Shown here in pieces: positions 38,912 through 49,611 of a stretch of 64,000 nt of DNA; the first letter of the stretch is position 1, and every line of letters starts with the position of its first letter. Both the position numbers and the translations under genes were made by a program. The notes below the pieces were generated by a model, which saw nothing but the letters and a program-made list of their open reading frames with translations, was not told the DNA's origin and did no database searches. This DNA comes from a virus: IMG/VR virus record IMGVR_UViG_3300042268_000308; one strand, 5' to 3'.

Positions 38912-39349
38912 TCAGTCGATGCGGACGTAGCCGTTGGCCTGGAGCTTTTTATCGAGCTCCTTGAACCATTCTCGGGCGTCCATGTGGTCGTCGAAGGTCT
39001 TGTTCTGGGAGCGCCAGTCCTTGTCGGCCGTCAGGCCCTTCATCGAGCCTTTCATCAGCGTGACGCGCTCGCTGCGCGCCCGCATGACCACCTTGACCAC
39101 AAGGCCCTTGCTGTTGGCGAAAATCTTCTGGAGCACAGGCGGCTTGCGCGGCGCTTTGGCGCTGAGCTGGGTGACGATTTCGCTGATGTCCTTGTCGACC
39201 AGACCCATGACGGCGGTGAAGATGGCATGGGCGCCGGCACCGAGGGCATGATCGTCGATCTCGCCGCGTTCATGCGCGCCGTCGAGCCACTCCAGGGCGT
39301 CGAGCGTCTTGCGGTCGAGCTCCTCTTTGAGCGTCGGCCAATCACTCAT
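38912..39349 (-). CDS. Hypothetical protein (possible WGR-like C-terminus)
   Basis: Ends 'ELDKKLQANGYVRI'. Confidence 0.55.
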   Translation of the reverse strand: MSDWPTLKEELDRKTLDALEWLDGAHERGEIDDHALGAGAHAIFTAVMGLVDKDISEIVTQLSAKAPRKPPVLQKIFANSKGLVVKVVMRARSERVTLMKGSMKGLTADKDWRSQNKTFDDHMDAREWFKELDKKLQANGYVRID

Positions 39350-39566
39350 CGTAAGACACCCACACCCAGGCCTGAACCCAGGCGCCATCGTCCGCGTGTG
39401 AGATCGCGGCGCCTTCGTCGATCTCCAGATTGTCGTCGCAGTGGGTTTCGCGCGCCTTCTCGACAATCTTCTCGTTGTCCATGTCTGCGTCTCCGTGAGT
39501 GTCGCGCTCTTGATTTTCAGACTGTAGCGCTTGACGCTTGGACTATCAAGTCACCCGTGACTTACC

Positions 39567-40172
39567 TTAATTGATAACCGCATCCTCCAGAGCCTTGCTG
39601 GTCTCCTGCACGATGCCGAGCCAGATGCGGGTCAGCTCCTCCAGGCGCTCGTCGGCGTCGGTCATGGAGCGCGGGAACATATCCACTCCGGTCACGAGTG
39701 CCGGCTCGCACATGAACCCCGCAATCAGCGAGTGGACCTGCTCCTGATAGCCGAGATCAAGCGGCGGCTTGCCATCCTCCTCGACGTAGGGGATGCCCGG
39801 CGACACCAGGACGAGGGTGTGGAAGTAGGTGTTGGCCACCTCGATGCAATCGGCGACGTAGCTCATCACCTCGATAGCATCCTCTTCCGGTCTACCCTTC
39901 ACGTCGGCGAGCATGTAGGCCGCGAAGTCGATCGGCGTGCGATCGGTGATGAACGAGGCGGCCTGCTGCGCGTAGCGCTCGGTGAAGGCTTCGAGAATGA
40001 GACGCTGCACCTCCAGGCGCTTCTCGAAGGGCAGATGAGGGCCAGGCTTCAGCCCGAGCCGCTCGAAGATGCGCGTGGTGCCGGAGTCCACGAATGCCAT
40101 GTCGTTCTGCTCAGCGAACGCCTTGGCGAGCGTGGATTTGCCGGTCCTGTGAGAACCTGTGAGCCCAAGCAA
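39567..40172 (-). CDS. P-loop nucleotide kinase (AAA_28/NadR-like)
   Basis: 'GSHRTGKST', 'FITDRTPID'. Confidence 0.8.
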   Translation of the reverse strand: MLGLTGSHRTGKSTLAKAFAEQNDMAFVDSGTTRIFERLGLKPGPHLPFEKRLEVQRLILEAFTERYAQQAASFITDRTPIDFAAYMLADVKGRPEEDAIEVMSYVADCIEVANTYFHTLVLVSPGIPYVEEDGKPPLDLGYQEQVHSLIAGFMCEPALVTGVDMFPRSMTDADERLEELTRIWLGIVQETSKALEDAVIN

Positions 40173-40634
40173 GTATTATCTCCTAAGCCACGCAGTCGAG
40201 TTCTTTGGCGATGAGGAAGGACAAGACCTCGCCGATCGCCATCTTGGCGACCTCCTCGGCGGTGAGGTGGCTGCGGGCCTCGACCCGCAGCTCCTCTTCG
40301 GTCATGTCCTCGAACTTTTCGGCGGCCGCGTCGGCGCCGGCCAGAAGGTCTTCGATCAGATTACCGATCATGGACGTTCTCCAGCAGGAAGAGGGGATTG
40401 AAGAAACACTCCAGCCAGATGCCGGCCAGGAGCATCGAGGACATCATCAGCGGCATCAGAGAACCCCCGTCCCGCCGAGGAAGGAGCCGACCAGGCTGCC
40501 CATGCCCTCGGCGAAACCGTGCGGGTCGGAGAAGATCATGACGCCGCCGATCCACACTTTCACGAAGGTCTGGAGACGGTCATGCCGGGCCTGGCGCCGG
40601 GCGCCGACCGCATAGAGGCTGTTCGGGCGATCCA

Positions 40635-41093
40635 TCAACCCACCCCCGTCGAGCCCCAGCCGGCGCGGCCGCGAGCGGACCCCTCGAACTCCTCGACCTC
40701 TTCCAGCGCGACCTGCTGCACGCGGCCGATCACCATCTGAGCGATGCGGTCGCCCGGCTCGATGGTGATGGTCTTGCGCTTGTCCTGATTGCGGTTCCAG
40801 GCGGCGACCATAACTTCCCCCTGGTAATCAGCGTCGATGACGCCGACCAGATTGCCCGGCACCAGGCCCTTCTTGGCGCCCAGACCCGAGCGCGCATACA
40901 GGAAGCCTGCGTAGTTGGGCGTGTCGATGTGAATGGCGATGCCGGTGGGCACCATGATCGTCTCGCCCGGCTTGATGGTGATCGGCTCATCGATACAGGC
41001 GCGCAAGTCCAGGCCGGCGGACTTCTCGGACCCATAACTCGGAAGGCCCAGGTCGCGGACCTTCTCGTTCAGAACCTTCATCTGAACGTTCAT
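40635..41093 (-). CDS. dut: dUTPase (trimeric)
   Basis: 'AGLDL', 'RSGLG', 'GVIDADYQG', 'RIAQ', 'RGRAGWGSTG'. Confidence 0.95.
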   Translation of the reverse strand: MNVQMKVLNEKVRDLGLPSYGSEKSAGLDLRACIDEPITIKPGETIMVPTGIAIHIDTPNYAGFLYARSGLGAKKGLVPGNLVGVIDADYQGEVMVAAWNRNQDKRKTITIEPGDRIAQMVIGRVQQVALEEVEEFEGSARGRAGWGSTGVG

Positions 41094-41581
41094 CAGGCAG
41101 TCTCCTTGCGGTTGAGAATTGCGAAGTCGAAACCGGGATGCCACTCGCTCTCGGCGACGTGCCAAACATCGGGATCGAACTCGTCGGGGAAGAAGGTGTC
41201 GCCTTTCGGCAACTTGTGGATGGTCGTCAGATGGACCGTCTGCGCCTGGAGCAGAGCCTTCCGAAGAATGCCCTCGCCGCCGATGGCGAAAGCCTCCTCG
41301 TGGCGGAGCTCCGCGCACAGGTCGAGCGCCTCATTGAAGCTGCCGACGACCCAGGCGCCGTTGTCATCCAGGCCGTGCCACATCGTATTGGACACGACGA
41401 TGTTCGTGCGGTCGGGCAGGGTGCGGCCAATGCTTTCGTAGGTGCGCCGACCCATGATGACGGCGTGGCCGCTGGTGATGCGACGAAAGCGCTTGAGGTC
41501 TTCGGGGACGTGCCAGGGCATCTTCCCGTCCAGACCAATCACGCCGTTAAGCGCGCGGGCGACGATGATGGACAGCTTCAT
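41093..41581 (-). CDS. folA: Dihydrofolate reductase
   Basis: 'VIGLDGKMPW', 'IMGRRTYESI', 'LPDRTNIV', 'IGG'. Confidence 0.95.
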   Translation of the reverse strand: MKLSIIVARALNGVIGLDGKMPWHVPEDLKRFRRITSGHAVIMGRRTYESIGRTLPDRTNIVVSNTMWHGLDDNGAWVVGSFNEALDLCAELRHEEAFAIGGEGILRKALLQAQTVHLTTIHKLPKGDTFFPDEFDPDVWHVAESEWHPGFDFAILNRKETA

Positions 41582-42450
41582 CAGACGGCCACCGGCGCCT
41601 TGATGGCGGGCAGCGGCTCGTAGTCGAGAAGCATGATGTCCTCAAACCGGAAGTCGTCGATCTCCTCGATGTTGCGCGGCAGCAGGACGCGCGGCGACTT
41701 CGGCGTGCCGTGCCAGCGGCCAAGCTGCTCGCGCACCTGCTCGATGTGGTTTTCGTAGACGTGGACATCGCCGCCAGACCAGATGAACTCGCCCGGCAGG
41801 TGATCCGTCACCTTCGCCATCATGAGCGTCAGCAGCGAGTAGGAAGCGATGTTGAACGGCACGCCGAGGAACATATCGGCGCTGCGCTGGTAGAGCTGGC
41901 AGTCCAGCACGCGGCGGCCATGAGTGTTCTTGCGGCTGTTGAACTGGAAGAAGGCGTGGCAGGGCGGCAGGGCCATGTCGCCCAGGTCCGCGGGGTTCCA
42001 GGCGCTCACGATGATGCGGCGGCTGTCGGGATTGGCGCGAAGCAACTGGACGGCTCGATCGATCTGATCGATGGACTCTTCCGAGTGCATCAGGCGCTCG
42101 CCGGTGTCGTTGACGTAGGTCGCGCGCACGGGCCATGAGCGCCACTGGTGCCCGTAGATCGGCCCCAGGTCGCCGCTGTCATCAGCCCACTCGTCCCAGA
42201 TCGAGACGCCGTTGTCCTTGAGGTAGCCGATGTTGGTGTCGCCCTTGAGAAACCACAGAAGTTCGTGGACTACTCCTTTCCAGTAGACCCGCTTAGAAGT
42301 CAGCAGAGGGAAGGTGTCGGACAGGCCGAACCGCATCTGGGCGCCAAAGATGCTGCGCGTGCCGACGCCCGTGCGGTCCTTGCTGGGCACACCGCGCAGC
42401 ATGACCTCATTGAGCAGTCGCAGATACGTCGCGTCGTGAGTGTTTTCCAT
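41581..42450 (-). CDS. thyA: Thymidylate synthase
   Basis: 'DRTGVGT', 'ALPPCH', '[18 protein letters not shown]'. Confidence 0.97.
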   Translation of the reverse strand: MENTHDATYLRLLNEVMLRGVPSKDRTGVGTRSIFGAQMRFGLSDTFPLLTSKRVYWKGVVHELLWFLKGDTNIGYLKDNGVSIWDEWADDSGDLGPIYGHQWRSWPVRATYVNDTGERLMHSEESIDQIDRAVQLLRANPDSRRIIVSAWNPADLGDMALPPCHAFFQFNSRKNTHGRRVLDCQLYQRSADMFLGVPFNIASYSLLTLMMAKVTDHLPGEFIWSGGDVHVYENHIEQVREQLGRWHGTPKSPRVLLPRNIEEIDDFRFEDIMLLDYEPLPAIKAPVAV

Positions 42451-42581
42451 GTGTCTGTGTCTCGCTTCTGTGTTCGCTGACGCGCGGGCAAGAGCGCTTG
42501 CGCGCTGTCGCGCTGTTGTCTCTTACTCGCGCATTATGTCAGCGCTGACTTACGTTGTCGAGCGGCAGATTGCGATCGCCT

Positions 42582-43553
42582 TCAGCCGTCGACCGTATCC
42601 CACACGTCGCTCCAGGTGCCCTGCGTCGCGGCGCGGGAATACTCGGTGGCGCGGTTTTCGAAGAAGTTGACGTGCTCGATGCCGTTGAGCATTTCGTCCA
42701 GCCACGGCAGCGGGTTTTCGACGATGCCGAACTGCGGCTCGTAGCCGAGCTGGCCCAGCCGGTAGTCGGCGATGTAGCGGATGTAGCGCTTCACTTCCTC
42801 GGCCGTCAGACCCTCGATGCCGCCCATTTCGAACGCCAGGTCGATGAAGGCGTCCTCGTGCTCGACCGCCAGATGACAGTGCTTGAGGATTTCGGCCTTG
42901 AGCTCCTCGCGATCGATGTCGAAGTTCTCCGACAGATAGGTGTGGAACAGCTTAATGATGGAGTTGCAGTGCAGGGTCTCGTCGCGCACGCTCCACGTCA
43001 CGATCTGCCCCATGCCCTTCATCTTGTTGAAGCGCGGGAAGTTGAGCAGGATCGCGAAGCTCGCAAACAGCGCCATGCCCTCGGTGAAGCCGCCGAAGAC
43101 CGCCATCGTCAGCGCCAGCTCCAGCTTGTTCTGCGGGTTGAAGCCGTCGAGATAGTCGTGCTTGTCCTTCATCTCCTTATAATCGAGGAAGGCGCTGTAT
43201 TCCGTCTCGGGCATCCCGATGGTGTCGAGCAGATGCGAATAGGCGGCGATGTGGATCGTCTCCATGTTGGAGAAGGCCACCAGCATCATCTGCACCTCGA
43301 TCGGCTGGAAGACGCGGGTGTAGTGGCGCATGTAGCAGTTGTTCACCTCCACGTCGGACTGCGTGAAGAAGCGGAAAATCTGCGTGACCAGGTGGCGTTC
43401 GTTCTCGGTCAGCGACTTCTGCCAGTCGCGCACGTCCTCGGCCAGCGGCACCTCTTCGGGCAGCCAGTGGATTTGCTGCTGCGTCTGCCAGGCATCGTAG
43501 CACCAGGGGTAGGAGAACGGCTTGTAGGTCGCGCGGGGTTCGGTCAGGGACAT
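42582..43553 (-). CDS. nrdB: Ribonucleotide reductase class Ia beta subunit
   Basis: 'ETIHIAAY', 'FTEG', 'RDETLH', 'NFFENRATEY'. Confidence 0.95.
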   Translation of the reverse strand: MSLTEPRATYKPFSYPWCYDAWQTQQQIHWLPEEVPLAEDVRDWQKSLTENERHLVTQIFRFFTQSDVEVNNCYMRHYTRVFQPIEVQMMLVAFSNMETIHIAAYSHLLDTIGMPETEYSAFLDYKEMKDKHDYLDGFNPQNKLELALTMAVFGGFTEGMALFASFAILLNFPRFNKMKGMGQIVTWSVRDETLHCNSIIKLFHTYLSENFDIDREELKAEILKHCHLAVEHEDAFIDLAFEMGGIEGLTAEEVKRYIRYIADYRLGQLGYEPQFGIVENPLPWLDEMLNGIEHVNFFENRATEYSRAATQGTWSDVWDTVDG

Positions 43554-43659
43554 CAGGAGCTCCTCTGATGGTCGTCAGGTGTCTTGGGGCCGCGCAGGGC
43601 GGCCCCAATGATGATCAGGACGCCGAAAATAACGGCGCCAATTCCGATGACGGCGGCCA

Positions 43660-45564
43660 TCACTGGCAGGCTTCGCACTCTTCCTGCCCACCGGCCACGG
43701 TGCCGTCCGCGCGGATCACGTCGGGGCGGCTCGCTTCGGTCGGCATGGTGCCGGCCATGTGGCTCACCTTGTCGGCGCGCTGAATGGACAGCGAGCGGCA
43801 GTAGTAGAGCGACTTGACGCCGCGCTTCCACGCCGCGAAGTGCAGGTCATGCAGACGCTTCTTGTGGACATCGGCCGGCAGGAAGATGTTGACCGACTGC
43901 GCCTGGCTGATGAACGGCGCCCGCACCGCGGCGTGATCGATGATCCATTCCTGATCCAGCTCGAAGGCGGTCTTGAAGACGGCCTTTTCGTGATCGGTCA
44001 AGAAGGTCAGGTTGCGCACGCTGCCTTCGTCGGCGGTGATCTGCGACCACACCTTCTGCTTCCAAGCGTCGCACCCCACGAATTTCATGAGAGCGCTGTC
44101 CTTCGCCAGCTCCTCGAACTTCTCGTCCAGCAGCGCGTCCAGATGACGGTTCCGCACGCCGAAGCTGCCCGAAAGGGTCTTCTGCGTGAAGCTGTTGGCG
44201 GCGATAGGCTCGATGCCCGGCGAGGTGCCGCCGCAGATGATGGAGATCGAGGCCGTCGGTGCGATTGCCTGAGTGTTGGAGAAGCGCAGGCAGCGCCCGG
44301 TCGCCTCTGCATCGGGGCAGGCGCCCCGCGTCTCGCCCAGCTTGAGGTTCACCTTGTCGGCGACCTGGCGCAGCCACGAGAAGATGCCCTTGTTGACCGC
44401 CTCGGCCGTCTCCGTCTCGAACGGGATGCGCTGGCTCTGGAGATAACTGTGGAAGCCCATGACGCCCATGCCGATCGAGCGCTCGCGCATCGCCGAATAA
44501 CGAGCGTCCTCGAAGCCCTTCATCGTCTCGGTGCGGTCGATGAAGTCTTGGATCACGTTGTCGAGGAAGCGCATCACATCCTCGACGAAGCGCTCGTTGC
44601 CCTTCCACTCGTCGTAGCGCTCCAGATTGAGCGAGGACAGGCAGCACACCGCCGTTCTGTCATTACCCAGGTAATCACGCCCCGTCGGCAGGGTGATCTC
44701 GGCGCACAGGTTGGACTGTTTGACCTCCAGGTTGAGCTCCTTCTGGTGCTCGGGGCGCTCGCGGTTCACGGTGTCGCCGAAGATGATGTAGGGCTCGCCC
44801 GTCTCGATCCGCGCGATCAGAAGACGCTGCCACAGGCTGCGCGCATCGATCATATCCACGACCTCGCCGGTGAGCGGGGAGATCAGGGGATACTTGTGCC
44901 CGGCCTGGACAGCCAGCATGAACTTGTCGTCCACCACGACGCCGTGATGAATGTTCAGGCTCTTGCGGTTAGCATCGCCGCCGGTCGGGCGCCGGATTTC
45001 GATGAACTCCTCGATCTCCGGGTGATTGATCGGCAGATAGCAGGCCGCCGAGCCGCGACGCAGGGAGCCCTGACTGATGCCGAGCGTCATGGAGTCCTGC
45101 ACCTTGATGAAGGGCACCACGCCGCTGGTCTTACCGTTACGACCGACCTTCTCACCGATGGAGCGCACGTCGCCCCAATAGGTGCCGATGCCGCCGCCGC
45201 GCGACGCGAGCCAGGCATTCTCTTCCCAGGTGCCGATGATCTCGTCCAGGCTGTCGCCGACCGAGTTCAGGAAGCACGAAATGGGCAGGCCGCGCTCGGT
45301 GCCCCCGTTGGACAGGATCGGCGTCGCCGGCATGAACCACAGGTGGGAAATGTAATCGTAGAGGCGCTGGGCGTGGGCCTGATCGTCGGCAAACCACGCC
45401 GCGACACGGGCGAAGAGGGTCTGCGGCGTCTCGCCGTCCAGCAGGTAGCGGTCCTTGAGCGTGGCCTTGCCGAAGTCGGTCAGCAGGTCGTCGTTGGCGT
45501 GGTCAACGGCGATATAGACCGCGCCCGCGTAGCGATTGGGGAAAGAGCGGAGCTCCGTCGTCAT
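43660..45564 (-). CDS. nrdA: Ribonucleotide reductase class Ia alpha subunit
   Basis: 'PISCF', 'SNLCAE', 'APTAS', 'KSLYY', C-terminal CEAC. Confidence 0.95.
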   Translation of the reverse strand: MTTELRSFPNRYAGAVYIAVDHANDDLLTDFGKATLKDRYLLDGETPQTLFARVAAWFADDQAHAQRLYDYISHLWFMPATPILSNGGTERGLPISCFLNSVGDSLDEIIGTWEENAWLASRGGGIGTYWGDVRSIGEKVGRNGKTSGVVPFIKVQDSMTLGISQGSLRRGSAACYLPINHPEIEEFIEIRRPTGGDANRKSLNIHHGVVVDDKFMLAVQAGHKYPLISPLTGEVVDMIDARSLWQRLLIARIETGEPYIIFGDTVNRERPEHQKELNLEVKQSNLCAEITLPTGRDYLGNDRTAVCCLSSLNLERYDEWKGNERFVEDVMRFLDNVIQDFIDRTETMKGFEDARYSAMRERSIGMGVMGFHSYLQSQRIPFETETAEAVNKGIFSWLRQVADKVNLKLGETRGACPDAEATGRCLRFSNTQAIAPTASISIICGGTSPGIEPIAANSFTQKTLSGSFGVRNRHLDALLDEKFEELAKDSALMKFVGCDAWKQKVWSQITADEGSVRNLTFLTDHEKAVFKTAFELDQEWIIDHAAVRAPFISQAQSVNIFLPADVHKKRLHDLHFAAWKRGVKSLYYCRSLSIQRADKVSHMAGTMPTEASRPDVIRADGTVAGGQEECEACQ

Positions 45565-45643
45565 TGCGTCCTCGTGTTCATCGAATTTCGGGCAGGGTCG
45601 CCCATTATACCTAGTTCAGCGCTGACTTACTATTCTTGACAGG

Positions 45644-46222
45644 CTACGCTGCGCTCTTGCCCAAAATAGCCGCCATCCCGAGAAACTGCTCCGTCTCGAT
45701 GCCGGCCTGGACAGCCGCGGTCGCGTCCGCCAGGTGCTCGTTGGTCTTCAAGAGCTCCATCTTGCCCTTGTATTTCCGGCGCAGCCACGGGGCGTTGGGG
45801 TAGGCCGCGACCGCCCAATCGATCATGTCCTGCTTGCTCGCGGTCTTCCTGCCGACGGTGGCGAGCTTGACCTCGATCGGGCTGACCTCGATCAGCGGAC
45901 GCGGGATGGCGGCCAGGATGCCGATACAGATGCCATTGGAGATCGAGCCGCGGGCGCTCTGCGTGCCGGTCGGCACCTCGGCCATGACCAGTCGGCACTG
46001 GTGCTTCTTGATGAGCACCGCCGCCGACTTGAGAACCTCACGGGCGCGGCGCAGGTCGTCGCTGTTCTTGCGCACCCGCTTGCCGGCGCGGTTCTCGGTG
46101 CTCGCCAGGTGCAAATCGATGACCTGGGTCAGCACGCCATGCTCGACATCGACCTCGCAGACGGCGAGCCCCGTGTTGTTGATCGATGGATCGACGCCTA
46201 AAACATTGATAACATTAGACAT
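45644..46222 (-). CDS. RuvC-like Holliday junction resolvase
   Basis: 'LGVDPS', 'MAEVP', 'EVK', 'EHLADA'. Confidence 0.85.
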   Translation of the reverse strand: MSNVINVLGVDPSINNTGLAVCEVDVEHGVLTQVIDLHLASTENRAGKRVRKNSDDLRRAREVLKSAAVLIKKHQCRLVMAEVPTGTQSARGSISNGICIGILAAIPRPLIEVSPIEVKLATVGRKTASKQDMIDWAVAAYPNAPWLRRKYKGKMELLKTNEHLADATAAVQAGIETEQFLGMAAILGKSAA

Positions 46223-46320
46223 CCACGTGCCTCCAGGTTCGACCGAGCTTGATCCGAGACCTCATAGCCGGGACTGCCCGGCACAGGCCTCCACTCCTCG
46301 TTGACGTTGATGGTGTTCAT
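46198..46320 (-). pseudogene. Truncated NUMOD4 (HNH endonuclease) remnant
   Basis: [24 protein letters not shown]..., stop after 40 codons. Confidence 0.6.
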
Positions 46321-47321
46321 GCTTCTTGTCCTTGGAACGTGCAAGTGAGCCAGGTGCCGAACAGGCTGTCGTCACCGTATTTCTTCACGTCCTTCTCCGT
46401 GATCGTGTCGCTGTCTTCGTCCATGTTAACGGGCTGATGCTTGGGCTCAGCACGGTCATGACGATGACGGGTCAGGTCATCGATGAAGCGCCCGAACTCG
46501 GCCAACACCTTGCGGGCCATGCTGTCGTCAAGCTCCACGACCTCGCCGGGCTCGTGAGAGTCGTCGGCCACGAAGCGCCACAGAAGCGGCTCGCGCCGGC
46601 CCTTGTAACAGTCGTCCAAGCGAAGCCGAGTGCCCGAGCGGATCATGCGCTTGCGAAAGCCGCGCTCGGTCTTGACCGTGTATTTGCCGGTGCTGGTGAG
46701 CGGGAAGCGAGCCTTGCTAAATCCAGGTTCAACACCTTCATGCACAAGCTGCTGGTCGCACCACTCGTCATACGCCTCGTTGATCGAGGCAATGTCGGCG
46801 TCGATGATCTTGCCCTTCTTGTCGCGTTTGATCATGCCGCGATAGCCCCCCCCCTTGCCTCTATTATTGGCCTGCTCTTTTGGCGTCGCCCATCGACAAT
46901 TATCAGGCTCGTAGCCTTTGTCGTTATCGATACGGTCAAGACTCTTCCCTTCGGGCCTTTCGCCCATGTCTTTGAGAAAAGCCTCAAAACTTTCCCGCCA
47001 CTTATCGCAGACCTTAATTCCGCGGCCGCCATAGCGAGGATAGTCGGGATAGTTCTTGTTGTGACAGCGAGCTTTCATTGATCGCCACGTCAGATACGTA
47101 GGAGTGCCATGCATTCCGTGAGACTTCTTTCTGCCTCTATCGCACCCACAAGACTTTGTTTGACCCGACCTCAGAGCATGAACGAAATGGATGCTTTCGC
47201 GTCCACAGTCGCATTTGCAAAGCCACTTCCAGGTCTTGTTCTTGCTCAGACCGACCTTCTCGATGGCGATCAGCTTGCCAAATCGCTGCCCAGAAATATC
47301 TACTCCTCTGCCCATTTTCAT
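46317..47321 (-). CDS. HNH-type homing endonuclease fused in frame to a phage hypothetical protein
   Basis: 'WLCKCDCG', 'YGGRGIKVC', '[20 protein letters not shown]'; second domain from MIKRDKK (ATG 46835). Confidence 0.8.
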   Translation of the reverse strand: MKMGRGVDISGQRFGKLIAIEKVGLSKNKTWKWLCKCDCGRESIHFVHALRSGQTKSCGCDRGRKKSHGMHGTPTYLTWRSMKARCHNKNYPDYPRYGGRGIKVCDKWRESFEAFLKDMGERPEGKSLDRIDNDKGYEPDNCRWATPKEQANNRGKGGGYRGMIKRDKKGKIIDADIASINEAYDEWCDQQLVHEGVEPGFSKARFPLTSTGKYTVKTERGFRKRMIRSGTRLRLDDCYKGRREPLLWRFVADDSHEPGEVVELDDSMARKVLAEFGRFIDDLTRHRHDRAEPKHQPVNMDEDSDTITEKDVKKYGDDSLFGTWLTCTFQGQEA

Positions 47322-49270
47322 TCCCCCTCAGAGATCGTGCTGTAGCCGTCCTTCTTTCGCACGACCATCACCTGTCGAGCCCAATCCTTCAGATCCGAGT
47401 GGCTGATGACCAGCACGGTGCCGCGTTCTCGCGCCCGCTCCTCCAGCACACCCATCAGGCGCTCCAGGCCAGCGGTGTCGAGTGCGTCGTCCACCTCGTC
47501 GCCGATCCACAGCTCGATCGGCTTGGTCGCGCGGCTCGCCACCAGGTCTTGCAGCGCCATTGCGCAGGCGATGCGAGCCTTACGCTTCTCGCCGCCCGAG
47601 ATCAGCCCGAACGAGCCGCCGCCAGTGGTGCTGGACACCGCGATCTGGAACTTCTCGCGAAGCTCGCCCTTCTTGTTCTCGGTCAGCGTCGACCACTCGG
47701 CGCTGATGTTGCCGTCGGAGAGCTGACCCAGGTAGTGCGCGGTGCGCGCGTTCAGGTAGGGCGTCACGGTGTCGAGAATGTGCGCCCGCACGCCGGCCGG
47801 GCCAAACACCTCAACGGCCGACTTGGCGAGCTCCAGGGCCTTCTCGGCGTCCTTGCGCTCGCCCTTCGCCTGATCACGATGCTCCTTGGCCTTCTTCGCC
47901 TTCGCGCGCACCTCCTTCACGGTGTCGGTGAAGGGGTTGGGCTGATCGCGCAGCTCCTTGACGCGCTCCTCCACGTCCTTCATCCGGCGCTCGACGCGCT
48001 CCACGTCGCGGGCGGCAGACTCGATCTCCCTGATCTGCCCGTCAATCACGCTACGGTCGCGCACAAGCGCGCTGGGGTCACTCATGCTGTCGCGATACAG
48101 CGCGAGCGATTTCCGCGTGTCAGTGACGCGCGCAGCGCTTTTCTCGTATGCTTCCTTCGCGAGCTTCGCGCGATTCACAGCGTCGCGCAGCGCTTTGGCC
48201 TGGGCGTCGCGGGCGCCGGCCAGGTCGTCCTCGTGGTAGAGCTTGCCGCACTCTCCGCAGGGCTCGCCGATCTTGGCCTCGATGTTGTCGTAGTCCTCGC
48301 GCAGCTTGCGAGCCTCGCGGGCGATGAAGGCCGCTTCCGACTTCTTGACCGACGCCTCGTGCTCGGCACGACGAACCTCATCGTCCAGTTCGCGCTCCCG
48401 CTTTTTCTCGCTTTCGAGCGCGCGGATTTTGGCGTCCACGTCCTTGATGGTCTTCTTGAGTGCTTCGGGCTTGCCGTAGCGATCGGTCAGGCGCTTGAGA
48501 TCGGCATTGGCGCCGGCCAGGGCGCTCTTGAGCTCGGCGACCGCCTCCTTCTGCTTCTCGACCCGCCCCTCGCGCTCATCCTCGAAGGTCTCGCGGTTGT
48601 GGTTGGCGCGCTTGAGCTCCTCGACATAGGCCTCCAGGCGATCGTTGTGGCGCGTGACGCGCAGGTCCACGGCTTCGAGCGCGTCCTTGGCCTCGGACTG
48701 CCGCTCGCGGGCGACGCGATAGGCGTCCTCCAGCACGTTGATGCCGGCGGCCTCCTCGATCAGCAGCTTGAGGCTCTTGTCGGTCATCGCCGGCAGGTCG
48801 GGCATGTCGTCCTGACCGGCATAGATGGCGGCGCGAAAGACCTCATAGGAGCAGCCCACGATCTTGCCGACGACTTCCTGAGTCGCCTTGTCGGTGCCCT
48901 TGGACAGATCGGTGATGACCTCGCCGTCGGCGTCGAGCGAGTAGACCATCAGGCTGTTCTTGCCCTTCTTGTGCTTGCGGTGCCGGGCGATCTCGTAGAT
49001 GTCCTCGCCGTCGATCAGGCGCACGACGACGCGCGTGTTCTTGGCCGCGGTGCGGTTGATGATCGCGTCACCCTTTTCGCCGCGCGCCGTCAGCCCGAAC
49101 AGGCACCAGCACAGCGCGTCGGGCACGGTGCTCTTGCCGGCGCCGTTGCTGTTGGCGCTGCTGTCGTCGAGGTTCTCGCCCTGCACCAGCACCAGGCCGC
49201 GATCATCAAGGTGCAGCGACGCCGCGCCGATGGTGAGGAAGTTCTCGATGGTCAGGTCGGTGAACTTCAT
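47318..49270 (-). CDS. SbcC/Rad50-like ATPase
   Basis: 'NGAGKS', coiled coil with CGEC hook, 'SGGE', 'DEVDDALD'. Confidence 0.92.
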   Translation of the reverse strand: MKFTDLTIENFLTIGAASLHLDDRGLVLVQGENLDDSSANSNGAGKSTVPDALCWCLFGLTARGEKGDAIINRTAAKNTRVVVRLIDGEDIYEIARHRKHKKGKNSLMVYSLDADGEVITDLSKGTDKATQEVVGKIVGCSYEVFRAAIYAGQDDMPDLPAMTDKSLKLLIEEAAGINVLEDAYRVARERQSEAKDALEAVDLRVTRHNDRLEAYVEELKRANHNRETFEDEREGRVEKQKEAVAELKSALAGANADLKRLTDRYGKPEALKKTIKDVDAKIRALESEKKRERELDDEVRRAEHEASVKKSEAAFIAREARKLREDYDNIEAKIGEPCGECGKLYHEDDLAGARDAQAKALRDAVNRAKLAKEAYEKSAARVTDTRKSLALYRDSMSDPSALVRDRSVIDGQIREIESAARDVERVERRMKDVEERVKELRDQPNPFTDTVKEVRAKAKKAKEHRDQAKGERKDAEKALELAKSAVEVFGPAGVRAHILDTVTPYLNARTAHYLGQLSDGNISAEWSTLTENKKGELREKFQIAVSSTTGGGSFGLISGGEKRKARIACAMALQDLVASRATKPIELWIGDEVDDALDTAGLERLMGVLEERARERGTVLVISHSDLKDWARQVMVVRKKDGYSTISEGE

Positions 49271-49611
49271 CGGCCTTCGTCCTTCTTCCAGCACACTTCG
49301 CTGTTGGCAACGCGCTCACCCCTGAACCGCGTGGGCTTGTTCATGTCCACGTCGAGCAGCTTGAGCAGCCACTCGGGGAGCAGACGGTTCGCGATCTTGT
49401 TGAGGCGCCGCGCCCCTTCCATGATGCGCAGCGCACCGATGTAATCTTCCTTGGTCAGAAGGTTGGCGCCGCACTTCGGGCAGGGCTTGTTGAGGTAGTA
49501 GACGTAGCGATCGGGCGTCGCCGTGCGGTCGTAGTAGTCACAACCCTCGGCGTCGCACTTGATGCCGCTAATCTGATGCCGGATGACGACGTATTCGCCG
49601 CGCTTCTTCAT
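49267..49611 (-). CDS. Zn-finger hypothetical protein
   Basis: 'IKCDAEGCDY...CPKCG'. Confidence 0.6.
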   Translation of the reverse strand: MKKRGEYVVIRHQISGIKCDAEGCDYYDRTATPDRYVYYLNKPCPKCGANLLTKEDYIGALRIMEGARRLNKIANRLLPEWLLKLLDVDMNKPTRFRGERVANSEVCWKKDEGR

